Made by a program: the position numbers and the translations under genes
Notes under the pieces: model-generated
Seen by the model: only the letters and a program-made list of their open reading frames with translations
The model's database searches: none
What the model was told of the DNA's origin: nothing
Origin: a virus
Lineage: Duplodnaviria; Caudoviricetes
Length of the DNA: 54,925 nucleotides
Virus record (IMG/VR): IMGVR_UViG_3300020021_000017
Span: 1 to 54,925 of that record
Direction: 5' to 3' (one strand)
In this document: positions 47,359 to 54,925 of the stretch, piece after piece
Position numbering within the stretch: the first letter of the stretch is position 1
Layout of the letters: the number at the start of each line of letters is the position of its first letter

Positions 47359-48399
47359 TTAGCCTCGTCCGTACAACTTAGCAAGGACTTTGGCTTTACG
47401 TTCCGCTGGTGATAGATTTTCTTTGACAGGACGTGCGGTGCCGTCTGTTGCAATTTGATGCGTTAGGGTAGTAGGTACCCATTTTGGCTTCGTTATAGGT
47501 GCAGCTTCATTACCAGCAACAGGAGGTATTCCAGTACCTTGAGTTCCGGTATTCGTAGCCAGGGGGGCATTGATCCCGAGCTTTGCCTGTAGTTTAGCTA
47601 CTTTGAATAAATCGAGTGCTTGTTCTTCGAAATAAGATTCGACGGACTTGCAGGCTTCCTCGACATTCATTATGCGGCCAGTGTTATTGTAATGCTGGGA
47701 CATTAACTCGAACACTACTCCGCTTGCTTCATTCTTTGAGACCAAGGCGAAATCATCTGGGCGCGCCTTGACAAAATCTTCTATTTCTAACTTAACCTGG
47801 TCGGTGGCTTGTTGATATTGTTGTTGGGCCTGAGCATTCGCTTGTTCAGCGGCTTGAGCCTGCTGAGCTTTAAATTCTGAATCACGTCGGCTGTTCTCGT
47901 CACGTAACTGCTGTAACTCACGTTGCATCCTACTCTCTACTAACTCTGGAGTGGGCTTAGAATCGTTTAGGACGAATTGAGTAAGCTGTTCGTACGTCAT
48001 CCCCAGGTCTTTCATGGCCTCAATGGGGTTTTGCAATGCACGGGCTTTTAAATCGTTTTGGTAAGTGCTCTTTACAACATCAGCGGGTTGCAACGTTGCA
48101 AGTTTAGCCTCGAGCTCTGCAATCTTAGTGGCTTGAGCTTTGGACGCAGTAGATGCTTGCATTGCACGTTGCGAACTGGCTCTCTCTTTTTCAACCAGCG
48201 CATTGAAGCGCTTATTCATTTCGATGCGTTCTGGGGAGGGTGTCGGGGCTTTGACTTCAGGAACAACAGGGACAACGGGGCTGGGGGCTACTTGCGCTAT
48301 AGATGCCTTTGCTTGAAGAGTTTGTTGCTGAGGGGTGTTAATAGTAGTTGCAGCTACAGAGGGCTTTACATTGAAACCAGAGCCGATGGGGGCAGGCAT
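47359..48399 (-). CDS. Capsid scaffolding protein
   Basis: Coiled coil with P-rich ends and C-terminal ERKAKVLAKL helix; directly upstream of MCP. Confidence 0.75.
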   Translation of the reverse strand: MPAPIGSGFNVKPSVAATTINTPQQQTLQAKASIAQVAPSPVVPVVPEVKAPTPSPERIEMNKRFNALVEKERASSQRAMQASTASKAQATKIAELEAKLATLQPADVVKSTYQNDLKARALQNPIEAMKDLGMTYEQLTQFVLNDSKPTPELVESRMQRELQQLRDENSRRDSEFKAQQAQAAEQANAQAQQQYQQATDQVKLEIEDFVKARPDDFALVSKNEASGVVFELMSQHYNNTGRIMNVEEACKSVESYFEEQALDLFKVAKLQAKLGINAPLATNTGTQGTGIPPVAGNEAAPITKPKWVPTTLTHQIATDGTARPVKENLSPAERKAKVLAKLYGRG

Positions 48400-48534
48400 T
48401 GTACCTCGTGGGTTGCAAGCACTTTACTTGCAGTATGTGTTAATGTGTGATAAGATATACGAATATCCGACTGACACACGTTGATGAAATCGTAAGGAAT
48501 GGTAAACTGGTTAATAGTATTAAGGAGTTAGGAA

Positions 48535-48783
48535 GTGAATCATATTTGGGTTAATAGTGTTAATGGTAGTGGGGAATTAATTTGCAATAGTTGTGGCAAA
48601 CTTAGTTCTGATAATTCACTAAGTATAAATACTTGTTTTGGACCTAAACTTAAACTTACTGGAATAAGTGGTGGTAAACTATCGCCTGGATACCCCGATC
48701 CACCTATCCCACTAGTTGCAGCAGACGGTTCTTGCAGTTGCAGTGAGAGGTCCTGCGTAATATGTACACCGAGCTTTTTATAA
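48535..48783 (+). CDS. Small Cys-rich protein
   Basis: AAGGAG/AGGA RBS; H..CxxC and CxC..CxxC. Confidence 0.5.
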   Translation: MNHIWVNSVNGSGELICNSCGKLSSDNSLSINTCFGPKLKLTGISGGKLSPGYPDPPIPLVAADGSCSCSERSCVICTPSFL

Positions 48784-48924
48784 CTTGAGTTGTATCTTTA
48801 TTAGAACATACACCTAATACACATTCCATATTCTTTTGGTATGAGCATAAGTATGGCTAATCTTTAGTACATAAGTATTTGTAAACTGTAAAGACTTCAT
48901 CTAGTTTACTTTAGAGTGCATAGA

Positions 48925-49285
48925 AACCCAATCTCTTACGGGTTCGTGAGCCTATAAGAAGAAGGGAATCTTTACTCAATGAAAGGTTTTATAGATTTAA
49001 CGCTTGCAATTTGTGCCGCGCTGAGAATTACTTGCCACTAAGTGGGTTTTGGCTATCGTCTTTCGACGAGCTCACGCCCCGTACCACACACTCAGACAAT
49101 CAATAAAGAGGAATGGTGGCTCGTACTTCTCATAATCACTTCAACCTAATTTAATACCGAGCCCTGCTATGATTGAATCGCTGTGCAATATGGGTTCTTA
49201 GTGGTGCCCTACGGCTTCGGAGCTTATCCCGACACACTAATTGATTACCTTGCGGTTCCAATCCAACCTTAACAAAACTCTTCTA
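48925..49285 (-). ncRNA. Candidate large structured non-coding RNA B (~330-360 nt)
   Basis: GAAA and GCAA tetraloop hairpins, 5'/3' closing helix, long-range pairing, upstream promoter, no ORF. Confidence 0.65.
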
Positions 49286-49290
49286 ATTAC

Positions 49291-49320
49291 ATTAATATCA
49301 TACTTTATTGCAATTTGCAA
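49291..49320 (-). promoter_or_regulatory. Promoter TTGCAA-17-(TGn)TATTAA upstream of candidate RNA B
   Basis: Reverse strand reads TTGCAAATTGCAATAAAGTATGATATTAAT; TTGCAAATTGCAA also occurs at ~22300 on +. Confidence 0.55.
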
Positions 49321-49470
49321 CTGTTATCTTTGCCTCTACTGCAAAAAGTGTTGTTAAACTTGTAAGTTTTGGTGTAATGTGTAATAATTGATACACGTTG
49401 CAATTCTCCCTACTTATACTCTAAATGTAAACAAACGATTACATTAGGCACTCTTATTTATATATTAGTT

Positions 49471-49489
49471 GTTTAGAATGATTCTAAAC
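49471..49489. promoter_or_regulatory. Perfect inverted repeat GTTTAGAAT-G-ATTCTAAAC (ICE/Irr, Fur-family-like operator)
   Basis: Contains TTTAGAA-N3-TTCTAAA. Confidence 0.5.
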
Positions 49490-49608
49490 TCACCAAATTT
49501 ATTAATAATACTAATCATTTAAACTACTAAGACTTTAGTAGATGTATATTTATTAGTCAATTGTTATTAGATATACAATTTTTCATTATCTTTTAGGCAT
49601 AAGCATCC

Positions 49609-49624
49609 TGGCATTCACATTGCA
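49609..49624 (+). promoter_or_regulatory. Sigma54-like -24/-12 element TGGCATTCACATTGCA
   Basis: GG and GC at the exact sigma54 spacing, upstream of the first early gene. Confidence 0.4.
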
Positions 49625-49665
49625 ATATACTAATCTTACGAACACTAAACAAAGGAAAGTGATTT

Positions 49666-49803
49666 ATTATCGATTACAAAGGTTTTAAGATTCACCAAAA
49701 TGTTTACACTGGTTCTTTCTTCTATTTCGAAGGTAAGAATCTTATTAAAACTTCTACTTTAGCTGAGATGAAACGAATCCTTGATGCAAAGGAGACAAAA
49801 TGA
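49666..49803 (+). CDS. Small early protein with apparent ATT start (MIDYKGFKIHQN...)
   Basis: AAGGA RBS 9 nt upstream, in-frame TGA just before, stop coupled (ATGA) to next gene. Confidence 0.5.
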   Translation: MIDYKGFKIHQNVYTGSFFYFEGKNLIKTSTLAEMKRILDAKETK

Positions 49804-49937
49804 ATCTAATATTCCTCACACTCGGTCTTTTGTTACTAATCCCACTTTGCTTAGTTTGTTATGTGGCTTGGTGCATTCATCCAATTCTAGGTATCATTGC
49901 AGCCATAAGCATTTTCAGCGGTGGTCTCTATTCTTAA
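49800..49937 (+). CDS. Small membrane protein (45 aa)
   Basis: AAGGAG RBS; MNLIFLTLGLLLLIPLCLV... Confidence 0.6.
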   Translation: MNLIFLTLGLLLLIPLCLVCYVAWCIHPILGIIAAISIFSGGLYS

Positions 49938-49952
49938 TAAAGGAGTTTACTT

Positions 49953-50336
49953 ATGAGAAGTACATTATTCATCCTTACTGTATTTAGCCTACTTGCAGGG
50001 CATCAAGCACGCGCAGACGTTACTTGGGACCATATGGGCACAAGTTTTGCCTTACAAACTATTACATATGGGATAGCAGAACAATTCTTAAGTATCGGTA
50101 CACACCAAGAATGTACGTATAATCATTACAAAACTTCTTGTGAGTATCTATCACATAAGAAAGTGTTCAATCGTACAGAGGCTGTAATATTCAGTGCTGC
50201 TATAACTTTTGCAGCAACGTTTGCATATTCATATGCCAAAACACTTCACAATACACCTTTGTCGGGTACTGAAGTTTTGTCTAATGTAATAGGCCAAACA
50301 GTTGGTATTAGTACTATTTATGCTTTTCATTTTTAG
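49953..50336 (+). CDS. Exported/membrane protein with signal peptide
   Basis: Signal peptide ending QARA; hydrophobic helices; AAGGAG RBS. Confidence 0.65.
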   Translation: MRSTLFILTVFSLLAGHQARADVTWDHMGTSFALQTITYGIAEQFLSIGTHQECTYNHYKTSCEYLSHKKVFNRTEAVIFSAAITFAATFAYSYAKTLHNTPLSGTEVLSNVIGQTVGISTIYAFHF

Positions 50337-50346
50337 TAAGTATAAT

Positions 50347-50379
50347 GAGCATAATTGCAACACAATGTTCTATTATACT
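50347..50379 (+). promoter_or_regulatory. Phage early promoter motif GAGCATAATTGCAA-N13-TATACT
   Basis: Repeat of the 871 motif, sharing CATAATTGCAACACAATGT. Confidence 0.7.
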
Positions 50380-50398
50380 AATAACGAAGGAACGAACA

Positions 50399-50608
50399 AT
50401 GAATAATATTAGTCCATTTAACACTCAATCGCCGTTTGCAGTTGTAAGCCCTACAGCTGCAGTTAGCCCGACCGCTGCAAATCACCCTGCTTACAAGGTT
50501 GCACAAGGACCTGTACAGCATAAGGAAGAAGGTGGATTGGTCTATTCAACTCCTGCAGCGAACGTAACTATTAGTGCGGCAGCTATCAAGGCGGCGAAAG
50601 ATGTATAA
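50399..50608 (+). CDS. Small hypothetical protein
   Basis: AAGGA RBS after promoter motif. Confidence 0.55.
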   Translation: MNNISPFNTQSPFAVVSPTAAVSPTAANHPAYKVAQGPVQHKEEGGLVYSTPAANVTISAAAIKAAKDV

Positions 50609-50879
50609 CGAAGATAAAGCATTTGTCATTAATAACGTTTTGTTCATTACAGACTGTAATAATAAACTCTTACTAACGATTCCTTGGAAAAACGTTATTA
50701 ATGCATTAGGAAAGGTTGTAAAGCCTATTGTAGCTGAGGCAATTGCAATGCCAGTTATTACTATTTCAGAGCCGGTTGCGGCACCGAAGCTACAGGACGA
50801 ATATCCAATTAAGGGAATAAACATAATTGAAAAGCGTAGCTATGGTATATTTAATAATGAAAGAAGGAACAATAAATGA
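50601..50879 (+). CDS. Small hypothetical protein
   Basis: Overlaps the upstream stop. Confidence 0.5.
   Translation: MYNEDKAFVINNVLFITDCNNKLLLTIPWKNVINALGKVVKPIVAEAIAMPVITISEPVAAPKLQDEYPIKGINIIEKRSYGIFNNERRNNK
50819..50851 (+). promoter_or_regulatory. Phage early promoter motif AAACATAATTGAAA-N13-TATATT
   Basis: Same motif and spacing; AAGGA RBS downstream. Confidence 0.65.
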
Positions 50880-51054
50880 ACACCTATATCTTTACAGCTT
50901 TCATATACTTAGTGGCAACAGTGCTTGCCTTCATAGTGCTTGCCGGGTGCGGTCAGCAAGAAGCATTTAATTACATTTGTGTTGCACCGTTGCACTATAA
51001 TAATGGCAATTGCGTATTATAACCAGCGTTTATCGCTACAAACCAGGAGTAAGT

Positions 51055-51798
51055 ATGAATCCATTTACTACAACTATCCCCTCACTTGAAAATGTTACTG
51101 AAAAGTACAAATTTATCTCAACTGCTCAATTTATTGAGGATGTTACTAGCATGGGATATACGGTTGAGCGTACGTCTAGTCCGCGCCAAGGTTTGGGAAT
51201 GCACTCAATGGTTTTTAATAATCCGTCAATGCCTAAACTAGATGGTCTGGACCTCCGATTACTTGCGACTAATTCTCATGATGGTACTAGCGCATTCAAG
51301 TTGTACATTCAAGTTGGTGTTGGTATTTGTTCTAATATGCTTGTTGCATTCATGCCCGAACTGGCTAAAGCCTCTCGAATCATCCACCGTGGGTATGCAC
51401 TAGACAAAGTTGTTGGCGCTGTAACTGCAGTTAACAATAAAATTAATAGTGTATTAGATTCAATTGAAGAAATGAAGTCGATTCAAGTAAGCCCGGAACA
51501 AGCGTCTGAATTCATTGTTAAGGCAAGCGCCCTGCGGGATGCGAAACCTTTCCGAATCATGGACCTACAAACCGTTCGGCACCGTGAACAGACCGACAAC
51601 AATGCTTGGAATGTGTTCAACAGAGTGCAAGAGGCTGTTGTCAAAGGCGGATATGTAACACAAGCTGAATATCTGGGTAATAGCGGAACTTACATTGGTC
51701 CTGGTTCTAAAGCACGCGAAATAATTTCTATTAAAGATAGAGTACAGATGAACTATAAATTGTGGGAATTAGCAACAGAAATTCTAATCAAAAAGTAA
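51055..51798 (+). CDS. DUF932/DUF945-family protein
   Basis: Y.FI.T, NSHDGTSAF, CSN, H.G, W.VFNRVQE...GG, N..LW. Confidence 0.85.
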   Translation: MNPFTTTIPSLENVTEKYKFISTAQFIEDVTSMGYTVERTSSPRQGLGMHSMVFNNPSMPKLDGLDLRLLATNSHDGTSAFKLYIQVGVGICSNMLVAFMPELAKASRIIHRGYALDKVVGAVTAVNNKINSVLDSIEEMKSIQVSPEQASEFIVKASALRDAKPFRIMDLQTVRHREQTDNNAWNVFNRVQEAVVKGGYVTQAEYLGNSGTYIGPGSKAREIISIKDRVQMNYKLWELATEILIKK

Positions 51799-51916
51799 TC
51801 TGGAAGGTATCGATTATTATGAGTTCTTCGAAAAAACCAGTAAAGTCTAATAATGGAGCGCCGATTCAAAAACCTAAATCTCGGTTTTAATATGGCTATT
51901 AAAGAAAACACAAAGT

Positions 51917-51949
51917 AAACATAATTGCACGTTAGTTGGATGTTATTCT
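51917..51949 (+). promoter_or_regulatory. Phage early promoter motif AAACATAATTGCAC-N13-TATTCT
   Basis: Same motif and spacing; GAGGAG RBS downstream. Confidence 0.7.
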
Positions 51950-51970
51950 AGTAATAAGAGGAGATCAAAT

Positions 51971-52333
51971 ATGAATATTGTACTTCATATCGAACATATG
52001 AATCACAATGACGGAGAATCTTATTCTGAATGCCCTATGTGCATTGCAGAAGAACGTCAAGATGCGCTGGACGCAGGTATTCCAGCCTCTGTAATCGATG
52101 GGAAAACTAAACTTAGCGAGCACTTTACATCAGAACAAATTAATGCAAATGCTGAAAAATCTGTTGAATATAATTGTACTAATTGTGAGGATACGGGTAC
52201 CGAGCCTGCAACAGGGGATGGTTGTCAAGATTGTTGTGAGCACGACGATAAAGATGACCACTGTTGTCTGATATGTGGCGCTGAAATCGATTGGTCTGAC
52301 TTTTATAACGAAGATTATGGTCTCGATCGATAA
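51971..52333 (+). CDS. Acidic Cys/His-rich (Zn-binding) protein
   Basis: Multiple CxxC motifs; strong RBS. Confidence 0.65.
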   Translation: MNIVLHIEHMNHNDGESYSECPMCIAEERQDALDAGIPASVIDGKTKLSEHFTSEQINANAEKSVEYNCTNCEDTGTEPATGDGCQDCCEHDDKDDHCCLICGAEIDWSDFYNEDYGLDR

Positions 52334-52363
52334 GCTTCGCAGCATTGTTTCTTAAATTAACCA

Positions 52364-52401
52364 TATTTTAATTATAGATCGAATCTAACGGAGGATATCT
52401 A
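52364..52401 (+). repeat. Repeated leader/RBS module (also at 53197-53234 and ~54402-54437)
   Basis: TTTTAATTATAG(A/G)TCGAATCTAACGGAGGATATCTA, three copies. Confidence 0.9.
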
Positions 52402-53184
52402 ATGAAATATAAATTTACTGGATTAACGAAAATTGCTGCAGGTATTACACTGCGACAAATTATTCGTAAAGCAGATAAAAAGATCGGCGGTTGGATTGAG
52501 AAAGAAACTAATCTAGCTCAAAATGGCGATGCTTGGGTATATGGCGATGCTCGGGTATATGGCGATGCTCGGGTGTACGGTGATGCTCAGGTGTACGGCA
52601 ATGCTCAGGTGTATGGCAATGCTCGGGTATATGGCACTGCTTGGATATTCGGCAATGCTCAGGTGTATAGCAATGCTCAGGTGTACGTCAATGCTCAGGT
52701 GTATGGCAATGCTCGGGTATATGGCACTGCTTGGATATTCGGCGATGCTTGGGTATATGGCGATGCTCGGGTGTACGGTGATGCTCGGGTATACAGCAAT
52801 GCTCAGGTATACGGCGCTGCTTGGGTATATGGCAATACTTGGGTATACGGCGATGTTCGGGTGTACGGTGATGCTCAGGTGTATGGCAATGCTCAGGTGT
52901 ATGGCAATGCTCGGGTATATGGCACTGCTTGGATATTCGGCAATGCTCAGGTGTACGGCAATGCTCAGGTGCTTCAATCAATAGATATTATAAATATTAT
53001 AATCCGCCCTTATTCAATAACTATCACTCCGCAAAACATCGTTATTGGGTGTCAAATGAGATCTAGGTTTGGAAAAGAACAATGGAAAGTAACCGATAAA
53101 GGCGTAACTGCGAATTTAATTAAACAATATAAGCCTTTTCTTTCTTTACTTAAAAAACAAGTTCCTCGTAGTAAAGGAAAGTAA
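52402..53184 (+). CDS. Hexapeptide-repeat (left-handed beta-helix) protein, copy 1, 25 repeats
   Basis: GGWIEKETNL followed by G(D/N)A(R/Q/W)VY 18-bp repeats at 52525-52974. Confidence 0.9.
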   Translation: MKYKFTGLTKIAAGITLRQIIRKADKKIGGWIEKETNLAQNGDAWVYGDARVYGDARVYGDAQVYGNAQVYGNARVYGTAWIFGNAQVYSNAQVYVNAQVYGNARVYGTAWIFGDAWVYGDARVYGDARVYSNAQVYGAAWVYGNTWVYGDVRVYGDAQVYGNAQVYGNARVYGTAWIFGNAQVYGNAQVLQSIDIINIIIRPYSITITPQNIVIGCQMRSRFGKEQWKVTDKGVTANLIKQYKPFLSLLKKQVPRSKGK

Positions 53185-53235
53185 TTTTTTAATTAGTATT
53201 TTAATTATAGGTCGAATCTAACGGAGGATATCTAT

Positions 53236-53745
53236 ATTGGCTATACACATTATTGGTCTTTTTTGAAACCAAGTAAGGATAAGAAATACGCAGCTAAGGT
53301 TGAAACAATGTATCAAAAGGCATTATTGGAATGTGCTAAAGTTGTTCTATTCTACAACAAAACTGCAATAGGTGACGATAGACTTAGCGGATTTACCGCA
53401 CATACTAAAGTCGGTGCATACGGCGGTTTGCAAGTTAACGGCAAAGGCGGCAACGGGCATGAAGAATTCACTTTGCGTGAGCATTACAATCAACTCGAGC
53501 CGGGGTTTTGCAAAACGGCGCGCAAGCCTTATGATATTGTCGTAACTGCTTGTCTCTTAATTCTCTATTATCGACTTGGCGACTTAATCGATATTAGCTC
53601 AGACGGTGATACGGATGATTGGGTGAATGGCAGAGCTCTTGCTAAGCAAGTATTGAAACTAAACATTACTATTCCATGCTCCATTCGCCTATCGGTGTTT
53701 GACCATACCTCAGGATTACGTTTTATAGCGGGAGGCAAATTATGA
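53236..53745 (+). CDS. Conserved phage 'MGYTHYW' family protein with ATT start
   Basis: ATT-GGC-TAT-ACA-CAT-TAT-TGG 8 nt after GGAGG; HEEF, FCKTARKPYD.VV.ACL and SSDG motifs. Confidence 0.75.
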   Translation: MGYTHYWSFLKPSKDKKYAAKVETMYQKALLECAKVVLFYNKTAIGDDRLSGFTAHTKVGAYGGLQVNGKGGNGHEEFTLREHYNQLEPGFCKTARKPYDIVVTACLLILYYRLGDLIDISSDGDTDDWVNGRALAKQVLKLNITIPCSIRLSVFDHTSGLRFIAGGKL

Positions 53746-54389
53746 ATCTTTTAACTCAAAATCGCAAGATGAAAAAGTCAAAAGATAAACGCACATTCAA
53801 TTTCGGCATCCCTGCATATAAGGACAAAGTCGGAAACAAAACGTGTCCTAATGCCGCAGCATGTATTGTAGGTTGCTATGCGAATGCGGGTGCCTATATG
53901 TTTTCTAACGTCAAATCCGCATTCGAAGCTCGGCTCAAAGCAACTAAGCAAAACAACTTTGCAGAATTGATACAATTAGAATTAGACAAAAAGCGTGTTG
54001 AACGGCTTCGCATTCATGATTCGGGAGACTTCTATTCTCTCGAATATACTATGAAGTGGTTTGAAGTAATGAAAGCTAATCCAAGTATTCACTTCTATGC
54101 CTATACTAAGATGGTCTCAATGTTCAAAGTATTAACTTTGGCCGGACACATTCCTTCCAACTTTACTCTCATTTATAGTTTCGGAGGTACACAAGACAAA
54201 CTTATCGACAAGAATACAGACCGGCATTCAATGGTATTTGAAACACACAAAGAGCGTAAAATTGCAAAGTATTCTAATACAACTGAGGACGATAGACACG
54301 CTGTTGGACTTAATATACGCGTAGGGTTAGTTTATCACGGCGCAAAGTTATACAAGAATACAACTTGGAATAAGGTTATAGTAAAGTAA
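53742..54389 (+). CDS. Gp88-like (radical-SAM-related Fe-S) protein
   Basis: LLTQN.KMKK, TCPNAAACIVGCYA, RIHDSGDF, YAYTK. Confidence 0.8.
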   Translation: MNLLTQNRKMKKSKDKRTFNFGIPAYKDKVGNKTCPNAAACIVGCYANAGAYMFSNVKSAFEARLKATKQNNFAELIQLELDKKRVERLRIHDSGDFYSLEYTMKWFEVMKANPSIHFYAYTKMVSMFKVLTLAGHIPSNFTLIYSFGGTQDKLIDKNTDRHSMVFETHKERKIAKYSNTTEDDRHAVGLNIRVGLVYHGAKLYKNTTWNKVIVK

Positions 54390-54437
54390 AGGAAAGTAAT
54401 TTTTTAATTATAGATCGAATCTAACGGAGGATATCTA

Positions 54438-54925
54438 ATGAAATATAAATTTACTGGATTAACGAAAATTGCTGCAGGTATTACACTGCGACAAATTATT
54501 CGTAAAGCAGATAAAAAGATCGGCGGTTGGATTGAGAAAGAAACTAATCTAGCTCAAAATGGCGATGCTTGGGTATATGGCGATGCTCGGGTATATGGCG
54601 ATGCTCGGGTGTACGGTGATGCTCAGGTGTACGATTATGCTTGGATATCCGGCAATGCTCGGGTATATGGCGATGCTTGGATATTCGGCAATGCTCAGGT
54701 ATACGGCGATGTTCGGGTGTATGGCAATGCTCAGGTGTATGGCAATGCTCAGGTGTATGGCGATGCTCGGGTATATGGCGATGCTCGGGTGTACGGTGAT
54801 GCTCAGGTGTACGGCAATGCTCAGGTGCTTCAATCAATAGATATTATAAATATTATAATCCGCCCTTATTCAATAACTATCACTCCGCAAAACATCGTTA
54901 TTGGGTGTCAAATGAGATCTAGGTT
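54438..54925 (+). CDS. Hexapeptide-repeat protein, copy 2, 15 repeats (continues across the join to 131; 200 aa in total)
   Basis: Same N- and C-terminal flanks as copy 1; repeats at 54561-54830. Confidence 0.85.
   Translation, partial: MKYKFTGLTKIAAGITLRQIIRKADKKIGGWIEKETNLAQNGDAWVYGDARVYGDARVYGDAQVYDYAWISGNARVYGDAWIFGNAQVYGDVRVYGNAQVYGNAQVYGDARVYGDARVYGDAQVYGNAQVLQSIDIINIIIRPYSITITPQNIVIGCQMRSR

Larger units (their letters stand above)
1..54925. mobile_element. Probably complete tailed dsDNA bacteriophage genome (podovirus-like; no integrase seen)
   Basis: Contains TerL, portal, major capsid, P22-like tail/ejection genes, lysozyme and PolA; the ends overlap by 16 bp. Confidence 0.93.

Noticed and set aside
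25423-48450. Many + strand ORFs inside the virion operon
   Set aside because: They are antisense shadows of long minus-strand genes and lack RBSs or recognisable motifs.
48930-48960. tRNA or tmRNA suggested by GGGTTCG
   Set aside because: No cloverleaf, complete T-arm or CCA end could be built.
49030-49110. Hammerhead ribozyme around the GAAA hairpin
   Set aside because: The conserved CUGAnGA and GAAA core positions are not matched.
52525-52974. Possible CRISPR array
   Set aside because: The 18-bp units are contiguous and coding, with no unique spacers and no cas genes.
52513-54840. Alternative-frame and antisense ORFs over the 18-bp repeats (MAMLGY..., PEHCRT..., LSIAVH...)
   Set aside because: These are by-products of stop-free periodic repeats; only the GDARVY frame has an RBS and non-repeat flanks.
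1-54925. Alternative genetic code or lysogeny module
   Set aside because: Core genes are full length in the standard code, and no integrase, repressor or att site is recognisable.

Overview
The window is a probably complete, AT-rich (~54.9 kb) double-stranded DNA tailed phage genome with a short-tailed, P22/T7-like virion module. Bases 1-16 repeat as 54910-54925, but that join lies inside a duplicated gene. Four transcription blocks alternate in direction: (i) + strand early/accessory genes (~49.6 kb through the join to 3.4 kb: DUF932, Gp88-like, two hexapeptide-repeat genes, DUF6745 and many small paralogues); (ii) - strand packaging operon (11.07 to 3.47 kb: TerL, portal, GNAT, degenerate HNH); (iii) + strand replication and nucleotide genes (11.9-23.8 kb: Cas4-like nuclease, SSB, DnaB-like helicase, PolA, HNH, DEDD exonuclease, CYTH, ClpP-like, dUTPase-like); (iv) - strand virion and lysis operon (48.4 to 23.9 kb). 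I found no integrase, tRNA or CRISPR array. The most notable observations are: an internally deleted paralogue of the phage's own major capsid protein, fused to a Zn ribbon and placed in the replication operon (possible capsid decoy or mimic); two large, apparently highly structured non-coding RNAs with long-range pairings (~11.14-11.50 kb, + strand; ~48.93-49.28 kb, - strand) plus an ~80-nt sRNA; a phage-specific early promoter with a 13-bp spacer; apparent ATT start codons; a rhomboid protease in the lysis cassette; several catalytically degenerate enzymes; and a shared xxxGGxV motif in internal virion proteins. All family calls and RNA pairings were made by eye, without database searches or folding software.
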